20,000 bases of DNA from an uncultured virus (IMG/VR IMGVR_UViG_3300025646_000023) (Duplodnaviria > Heunggongvirae > Uroviricota > Caudoviricetes), in IMG/VR virus record IMGVR_UViG_3300025646_000023; one strand, given 5' to 3'. This document shows, piece after piece, positions 14,820-20,000 of this stretch. The notes beneath the pieces were generated by a model. The model worked only from the letters and a program-made list of their open reading frames with translations. It was not told the DNA's origin and did no database searches. Position 1 is the stretch's first letter, and each line of letters begins with the position of its first letter. The translations under genes and the position numbers were made by a program.

Positions 14820-14925
14820 GTTAAGAGCTAAGCCGTGTGTGGAACCACGGCTTTCTCACTCTCTCAGCTTGGACCAAGCCTCTCGGAGCAAGGTCTTAAC
14901 CGCAGCTAAGATGCGGGTAACGCCC
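14820..14925 (-). ncRNA. candidate small structured RNA or multi-hairpin intergenic element
   Basis: GTTAAGA(14820-26)/TCTTAAC(14894-900) encloses AAGCCGTG/CACGGCTT and GCTTG/CAAGC; CCGCA/TGCGG (14900-16); minus-strand TATACT at 14935-30. Confidence 0.35.
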
Positions 14926-14959
14926 ATGAAGTATAAAGGGCAACAGAATTTTACCACCA

Positions 14960-15256
14960 ATGAAAGGCTTTATCGCCACGAAAGAACAACAAAAACAAGC
15001 AACCTATTGGATTGCTTGCTATGCCAAGAATAATGAGGATGAACCTATTGGTGTCACTAAAAAACTAATCACTTACAAACCAGGTCAAAGTAAAGACAAA
15101 GCAATCCTCAAGTACTGCACAGAACTTATGCAGCTCAACCGCACCATCTGGGAAATCCTTGTTCATCAAGGTCCAGACCAAGTGCCAGAGCACGGCGACC
15201 AGATTACACATCGTCTCAGCCGTGAGCGCTTCCAGGGCTCGACAACCAAGATTTAA
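14960..15256 (+). CDS. hypothetical protein, 98 aa
   Basis: ORF track. Confidence 0.75.
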   Translation: MKGFIATKEQQKQATYWIACYAKNNEDEPIGVTKKLITYKPGQSKDKAILKYCTELMQLNRTIWEILVHQGPDQVPEHGDQITHRLSRERFQGSTTKI

Positions 15257-15261
15257 CCTTT

Positions 15262-15267
15262 TATAAT
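15262..15267 (+). promoter_or_regulatory. sigma70 -10 box upstream of the large ncRNA candidate
   Basis: Perfect TATAAT; the structured region begins 6-7 nt downstream. Confidence 0.55.
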
Positions 15268-15272
15268 TTCTT

Positions 15273-15517
15273 TGGTTCTGCAGACCACACCAGTGGCCAC
15301 TGGTTACTCATCCAAGCGGATGATCGCCGATATCACAGAGTGGAAGCTGTGATGTCAGACAACGATGAAGCAACGAGAGGAGTAGGGGCCGACCCCTACT
15401 TAATATCCGTGAACGGGATCCTCTCTAGCTTCAGAGTAACCCGCCAATTTGGATTGGACGGTACTGTTGACCGCGATACCGAAGCCACAGCGTAGGCCGG
15501 TGCGCTAAATTCCACCA
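15273..15517 (+). ncRNA. large (~245 nt) multi-helix, pseudoknotted ncRNA candidate of unrecognised family
   Basis: At least 10 compatible helices plus loop GUGGAA(15340-45)/UUCCAC(15510-15) pseudoknot; G-U pairs favour the + strand; lies in a 410-nt gap between longer ORFs. Confidence 0.7.
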
Positions 15518-15665
15518 GTTACGATTTGCTAAAGCTTCTTGCTCCTTAAAATAAGGAACACCCCGATAAGTTAATTGAGTCATGGCTGCTGCCACATACT
15601 CTTAACTATAAGAATTTGTATTAATTACTACAGTTTATACTGCAACACTAAGTCTTAAGTTAGTA

Positions 15666-16205
15666 TTAAGAATTAGAAACAACATCTTGCTCTGTTAATT
15701 GATTTTTCAATTCAGGTTGTCCAGAAACAACTAGATCATAGTGATCCTGGCTAAAGCAGATTCCACTATAGTCTTTAGCTACACAATGAGGTTCAACACC
15801 GTTGAGCCATTTCTGAACTGATAAAAACACGCCGCCACCAGGTCCAATAACAGCGCCATGTTTATTGTTTGGTTTAACTCTAATCACATGGCCACGTGCT
15901 TTACATACTCCCGATTCATCAACTTCTAATTCTTCATCTGAGTGTAGATACTTTCCTTCAAAAGAAAACTTAATATGACCACCTAGATAAACTTCATAGC
16001 TATCAACATTTGGGTGAGTATGTTCAGGAATAATTACACCTTCCGGTACAGAAAACATCTGTACTTGATAAGGTGCTTTCCTATAAAGCAATGTTGAAGT
16101 AACTTCTCCGATCTTCCATACACTATTTGCTTTTGGTACTGCCCAGGTACACGGCATTTCTTTTAGCACATACTTTAAAAAAACTGACAGATCGTCGATC
16201 TTCAT
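15666..16205 (-). CDS. cupin-fold protein
   Basis: 'IPEHTHPNVDSYEVYLGG' cupin motif 1 (HxH...E) and 'IRVKPNNKHGA' motif 2; AT-rich and opposite in orientation to its neighbours. Confidence 0.75.
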   Translation of the reverse strand: MKIDDLSVFLKYVLKEMPCTWAVPKANSVWKIGEVTSTLLYRKAPYQVQMFSVPEGVIIPEHTHPNVDSYEVYLGGHIKFSFEGKYLHSDEELEVDESGVCKARGHVIRVKPNNKHGAVIGPGGGVFLSVQKWLNGVEPHCVAKDYSGICFSQDHYDLVVSGQPELKNQLTEQDVVSNS

Positions 16206-16235
16206 CTTTAAAGATTAAAACTTTATAGGTACTAT

Positions 16236-16343
16236 AACGGGGCGCAGCCGCACCAATGAGGGCACGGCTGTTCAGTTACCAGCAGAAGGAAACCACAAAA
16301 ACTTCTGCTCCCCAGGCCTGACGTGGTTCTTCTTCGGCCCGTT
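16236..16343 (-). ncRNA. candidate ~108-nt pseudoknotted RNA (sRNA or 5' leader of the cupin gene)
   Basis: Terminal helix 16338-43/16236-41; stems 16302-09/16281-88, 16318-21/16272-75, 16261-70/16245-54; pseudoknot 16323-29 with loop 16290-96; internal G-U pairs favour the minus strand. Confidence 0.55.
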
Positions 16344-16352
16344 GTTATAATA
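16343..16352. promoter_or_regulatory. bidirectional -10 element: + strand extended -10 TGTTATAAT, minus strand TATTAT
   Basis: TG-N-TATAAT at 16343-51; the reverse complement reads CTATTATAAC; lies between divergent units. Confidence 0.6.
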
Positions 16353-16381
16353 GGTTCTATGTGCTTTACAAGAACCTTACC

Positions 16382-16612
16382 ATGGCCTTATTATCTAAAC
16401 CAAAAATCATAGGGAGAGTAGCCTGTGATTCCGGTTCAATCGCTCTTGTTGATCCGTCTTATCTCGAAGTATCAGCCACAGATACTGTTCAGCTTCCTAA
16501 CTGGAATCTGTTTACTTCTGTTGATACTGAAGTTGGAGATGGAGAATTTGTTGTCTATGCTCAACGTGACAGCCGTGGCTGCTTGCGTCGTGTCATCATT
16601 GAAATTGAATGA
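16382..16612 (+). CDS. hypothetical protein (DUF4241-like 'VACDSGSIALVDP' motif), 76 aa
   Basis: Internal ATG of track ORF 16361..16612. Confidence 0.7.
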   Translation: MALLSKPKIIGRVACDSGSIALVDPSYLEVSATDTVQLPNWNLFTSVDTEVGDGEFVVYAQRDSRGCLRRVIIEIE

Positions 16613-16761
16613 CTTCTGCAATTATCTTTCTCTTCTGGTTCTTCGTTAATATAATCTTTCTGTTTAACTTTAATTTACCTGCTGGCTACCTTGTCGTCGT
16701 CAACCTATCGTTTATAGTGGCCAGTATGCTTTCAGATTCTGAGCAACAGAACCGTCTATGA
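16609..16761 (+). CDS. small two-TM membrane protein, 50 aa (MTSAIIFLFWFFVNIIFLFNFNLPAGYLVVVNLSFIVASML...)
   Basis: ATGA overlaps at both ends; translated by hand. Confidence 0.7.
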   Translation: MTSAIIFLFWFFVNIIFLFNFNLPAGYLVVVNLSFIVASMLSDSEQQNRL

Positions 16762-17036
16762 CCTTACTGCTTGACCCTAGGCGTGAACCTAACCGCTGGC
16801 TTGCTGCCATGTTTGATCACCTTATCCAAGTAGGTGATGCTGATTCTCTTGAATCTTTACGATCTGGTTACTATCAGCTATGTAATGTCATTGAACCTGG
16901 GTTGATTGAGAGCCTGTTTGAACCATGGATTGAAGCATATCTTCAAGGACTCCAGGATAAAAGTCAACCCGAAAACATTCAAAATATTGTTGGCCCACCA
17001 AAGGAGCTGATGGATCTTCCGGAACCACTGGAATAA
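16758..17036 (+). CDS. hypothetical protein, 92 aa
   Basis: ORF track; ATGA-coupled. Confidence 0.7.
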   Translation: MTLLLDPRREPNRWLAAMFDHLIQVGDADSLESLRSGYYQLCNVIEPGLIESLFEPWIEAYLQGLQDKSQPENIQNIVGPPKELMDLPEPLE

Positions 17037-17490
17037 TCCGTCCCATCTCATATAAAGGATCACCAACATAAGGTGGTCGATGCCACCAAAAACGTTTCTT
17101 CTCCAGGTCTGCAATAGCATCTGGATTATTTTTTGCCCAATAGTAATAAGCTCGAAACTGTTTGTCGGGTTGACTGGATTGACAATCAAGATACAAACAG
17201 TCGCCCGGTTCTAGAACCCAACGCATACGTAAAAGAACATTGCAAGCTTCTATCAAAGGTTTAATGCCACCTTTTCCTGTGAGGTGGCTTTTCATATTGT
17301 TAGTTCTTTTGTTTTTCTTTTCTTTGTACCAGTCATTAAGTTGACGTTTTGACTTACTAATACCTACATGAACTTGCCAGATCCAAGCATCACCTGACCA
17401 TGGTTTTAATGGCGTAAGAACAATCTTGCAGTACTGTTGATTGATCTTAAAAGTAGTAGTGCTACGCTTGCGGCATACTCTATAGGTCAT
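16888..17490 (-). CDS. hypothetical protein, 200 aa
   Basis: Longest ORF over 17037-17490; globular, Trp-rich; its 3' end overlaps the convergent gene. Confidence 0.7.
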   Translation of the reverse strand: MTYRVCRKRSTTTFKINQQYCKIVLTPLKPWSGDAWIWQVHVGISKSKRQLNDWYKEKKNKRTNNMKSHLTGKGGIKPLIEACNVLLRMRWVLEPGDCLYLDCQSSQPDKQFRAYYYWAKNNPDAIADLEKKRFWWHRPPYVGDPLYEMGRIIPVVPEDPSAPLVGQQYFECFRVDFYPGVLEDMLQSMVQTGSQSTQVQ

Positions 17491-17493
17491 GAT

Positions 17494-17775
17494 TTGGACG
17501 ATCTAATTCAAACAATCCAACAGGATCAGGAGCTTTGGGATATCGTAGAACGCCTGAAGAATCCTGATGAGGATCTGGAAGATTTCTTGCTCAGCATAGC
17601 TCATATGTTTTCCATTGAGTTTCAAGAACTTCATAAGACAGATCTCTCTGACAAACTGGCTTCTTTGTTTGGTGGACTACCAAGCAAGTCACTGATCATG
17701 GCACCGATGCTGCTGCACATTGCATTGGATATTTTTCTAATGCGTGCCATTCCCGAGCATTTAGAAGAGGTGTGA
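17494..17775 (+). CDS. hypothetical helical protein (start uncertain: TTG 17494 or 17437)
   Basis: Track ORF 17437..17775; TTG 17494 avoids overlap with the divergent gene. Confidence 0.7.
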   Translation: MDDLIQTIQQDQELWDIVERLKNPDEDLEDFLLSIAHMFSIEFQELHKTDLSDKLASLFGGLPSKSLIMAPMLLHIALDIFLMRAIPEHLEEV

Positions 17776-17776
17776 G

Positions 17777-18010
17777 ATGCAACGCGGTTATGTCCTGTGT
17801 AATCACGATCTATCCCACGTACTTTGTTTCACGCCAGGGAAAGACGGGGTTGTTTTAGAAGATGTTAGCAGTACAAAAGTACTGAACAAAGCCATGTGCT
17901 TGCATGATCTGACAGAAGCAAAAAATATTTCACAAAGACTTCAGGATAAACAGCTGACAGCTGATCTTGAAATTGTTAACGTAGCTCGTCTCTACAACAA
18001 GTTCTTCTGA
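17777..18010 (+). CDS. hypothetical protein, 77 aa
   Basis: ORF track; GAGGTG upstream; tight tiling before the polymerase. Confidence 0.75.
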   Translation: MQRGYVLCNHDLSHVLCFTPGKDGVVLEDVSSTKVLNKAMCLHDLTEAKNISQRLQDKQLTADLEIVNVARLYNKFF

Positions 18011-18022
18011 TCCAGTACCAAT

Positions 18023-19870
18023 ATGAGATTAGTATTGGACCTTGAGAGTAATGGGTTGCTTCCAGAAATGGATACAATCCACTGCATTGTGCTGCGTGAT
18101 CTTGATACTGGTAATATCATTAGCTGTGCTGATCAGCCTGGTTATCACAGCTTAGAAACAGCATTAGATTTTATAAAAGAAGCAACACTAATTGTCGGTC
18201 ATAACGTTATCAAGTTTGACCTTCCTGCCCTTAGAAAAATATATCCTTCTCTACAACTTAAGTCAGGTGTTAAATACTACGACACTTTAGTTGTTAGCAG
18301 GGTTATGTGGCCCGAACTAGAGCCAGTGGATGCCTCTAAGTTCTCTCACATCCCTCGTAAATACTTCGGTCGCCACAGTCTTGCAGCATGGGGTGAGCGG
18401 CTTGGTGTTAGCAAGATTAACTTTAAAGAAGAGAGTAAGAAAGATGATGAAGAAGTTAAAGACGTGTGGGAAAAATGGACACCAACAATGCAAACTTATT
18501 GTGAAGGTGACGTAGAAGTATCGACTAGACTATATGAATATCTTTCCTGTCAACATCTTGATGTTAGGTGTAATGAACTAGAGCATGAATTTGCTTTAGT
18601 AATGGCTAGGCAGGAAGCATTTGGGTTTCCCTTCAATGAAAAGGCAGCCTATGCGTTGGTCAACACGCTCAAAGCTCGACGCTCTGAGCTTGAGGATCAA
18701 CTCCAAGATACCTTCCCGCCAATCGAGGAAGAGCGCTGGTCGGAAAAGACTGGCAAACAACTTAAAACGAAAGTTACTGTATTCAATGCTGCTTCCAGAC
18801 AGCAGATTGCAGAGAGGCTTCAAAATAAATATCCGGAGATTCGATTTGAATCGACTGAAAAAGGGAGCCCTAAAGTTGACGATGATGTTCTCGAAGTGCT
18901 GGGTCAAAAATACCCAGAAGCTAAGTTGCTTGCAGAATATCAACTGTTTAACAAAAGACTTGGCCAAATTGCAGAAGGCAAAGAGGCGTGGTTAAACCAC
19001 TGTAAAGTTTATAAAGATGGCCGTATTCATGGCGAAGTTATTACTAACGCTTGCATTAGTGGCAGATGCAGCCACAAGCGTCCAAATATGGCCCAAGTCC
19101 CCAGTGTTGGTCACGCTTTTGGAGATGAGTGCCGGGCTCTGTTTTATGCTCCTGATGATTGGATGCTGGTTGGTACTGATGCTTCTGGACTAGAACTCAG
19201 AGCACTGGGTTCCTGGCTTGCTTACTTTGATGAAGGTGAGTACGCCAGGCTAGTTAGTACAGATGGTTTTGATATCCACACATACAATGCCAAACTCTTT
19301 GGGATCTACGATGGTGTGGGTGAGATCAGCAAAGCAACTCGTGATCTTTCGAAGCGGCTTATTTATTGCATCTTGTATGGTGGCGGTGCAAAAAAGACTG
19401 GATCCATTATATCTCCTGATGAAGATGCCGATACCCAATACAAGCAGGGTAAGAAAACGATTGATACGTTTTATAGGAACTTACCTGCTATCAAGAAGCT
19501 TAAAGATCTCATCGAAGAACGCATTACGCAACGCGGTTATCTTACTGGTATTGACGGAAGAAGGTTACAAATTCGCTCTAAACATTCGGCACTCAACCAA
19601 CTCCTCCAATCCACTGGAGCAATTGCAGTAAAGAAAGCTACTACTATTCTCTATGATGATCTAACAAATAAAGGATTAGTCTTTGCAAAAGACTGGGGCT
19701 TTGTTGCTCATGTCCATGATGAATATCAATCTTTAGTTAAACCACAATATGTAGATCTCTATAAACAATTAGCTATTGATTCTTTTAGAAAATCAGGTGA
19801 GTACTTCCAACTTAAGTGTCCACTAACAGGTGAGGCACGAGTAGGAAAGAACTGGAAAGAAACTCACTGA
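18023..19870 (+). CDS. polA: T7 gp5-like family A DNA polymerase with 3'-5' exonuclease
   Basis: Exo I DLESNGL, Exo II GHNVIKFD, HSLAAWG, Exo III YCEGDV; motif A DASGLELR, motif B RDLSKRLIYCILYGGG, motif C HVHDE. Confidence 0.97.
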   Translation: MRLVLDLESNGLLPEMDTIHCIVLRDLDTGNIISCADQPGYHSLETALDFIKEATLIVGHNVIKFDLPALRKIYPSLQLKSGVKYYDTLVVSRVMWPELEPVDASKFSHIPRKYFGRHSLAAWGERLGVSKINFKEESKKDDEEVKDVWEKWTPTMQTYCEGDVEVSTRLYEYLSCQHLDVRCNELEHEFALVMARQEAFGFPFNEKAAYALVNTLKARRSELEDQLQDTFPPIEEERWSEKTGKQLKTKVTVFNAASRQQIAERLQNKYPEIRFESTEKGSPKVDDDVLEVLGQKYPEAKLLAEYQLFNKRLGQIAEGKEAWLNHCKVYKDGRIHGEVITNACISGRCSHKRPNMAQVPSVGHAFGDECRALFYAPDDWMLVGTDASGLELRALGSWLAYFDEGEYARLVSTDGFDIHTYNAKLFGIYDGVGEISKATRDLSKRLIYCILYGGGAKKTGSIISPDEDADTQYKQGKKTIDTFYRNLPAIKKLKDLIEERITQRGYLTGIDGRRLQIRSKHSALNQLLQSTGAIAVKKATTILYDDLTNKGLVFAKDWGFVAHVHDEYQSLVKPQYVDLYKQLAIDSFRKSGEYFQLKCPLTGEARVGKNWKETH

Positions 19871-19902
19871 AATAAAATAGAGAGATACATTATCATATTG
19901 CC

Positions 19903-20000
19903 GTGCATCTTCCTGACAGCATTGATACGGATCATGTTGTCATCTTGCAGAAGATCGACAAGATAATCCTTGCTGCAGAGGAAAAGGAATATGACATTGG
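19903..20000 (+). CDS. possible 5' end of the next gene (MHLPDSIDTDHVVILQKIDKII...)
   Basis: GTG at 19903, open to the window end; too short to confirm. Confidence 0.3.
   Translation, partial: MHLPDSIDTDHVVILQKIDKIILAAEEKEYDI

Noticed and set aside
14826..14870. Minus-strand CTGAGAGAGTGAGAAA plus hairpin as a hammerhead
   Set aside because: Core reads CUGAGAG rather than CUGANGA, with no stem II and no stem I pairing.
15352..15495. 47-aa ORF MSDNDEATRG...ATA inside the large structured RNA
   Set aside because: No leader motif or SD, start buried in a 10-bp helix, no recognisable protein features; kept only as an alternative hypothesis.
15495..15517. 3' ...TCCACCA suggesting tmRNA or tRNA
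   Set aside because: No GGTTCRAxTCC T-arm and no matching GGGG acceptor strand; the UUCCAC is better explained as a pseudoknot partner.
16305..16325. Minus-strand TCAGG...AGCAG resembling SRP RNA domain IV
   Set aside because: No GNRA-capped stem between the motifs, and the overall fold is not an SRP hairpin.
18330..19631. Alternative-frame and antisense ORFs within polA, and similar shadow ORFs in ardC, thyX, ssb and others
   Set aside because: Contained in well-supported genes and lacking recognisable motifs; the polA frame is uninterrupted, with no intron or intein evident.

Overview
Phage DNA, most likely from a cyanophage with T7-like replication genes. The host and lineage are inferred from gene content and from C/A-rich leaders lacking Shine-Dalgarno sequences. 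The window runs from a divergent non-coding control region (262-942) through a dense + strand array of about 45 mostly small early/middle genes to a T7 gp5-like family A DNA polymerase (18023-19870). Recognisable proteins are a host-type SSB, an SH3b + Pro/Gln-rich membrane protein + YkuD L,D-transpeptidase envelope module, a CcdA/RHH-like regulator, a CxxCxxCC Fe-S/Zn protein, HTH proteins, ThyX, an ArdC-like antirestriction protein and a cupin. No phage RNA polymerase lies in the window. The most notable content is non-coding: (i) a complete type II hammerhead ribozyme between two early genes (1940-2015); (ii) three T7-like RNase III-type switchable hairpins; (iii) a ~250-nt multi-helix, pseudoknotted ncRNA candidate with its own TATAAT box (15273-15517), with two smaller promoter-associated structured RNA candidates nearby; (iv) four GNA-triloop/tandem-GA ssDNA hairpin repeats in the control region; (v) a recurrent TTTGCACAC leader motif. 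Together these suggest an RNA-based processing and regulation layer in this phage. All structures were paired by eye, not computed.
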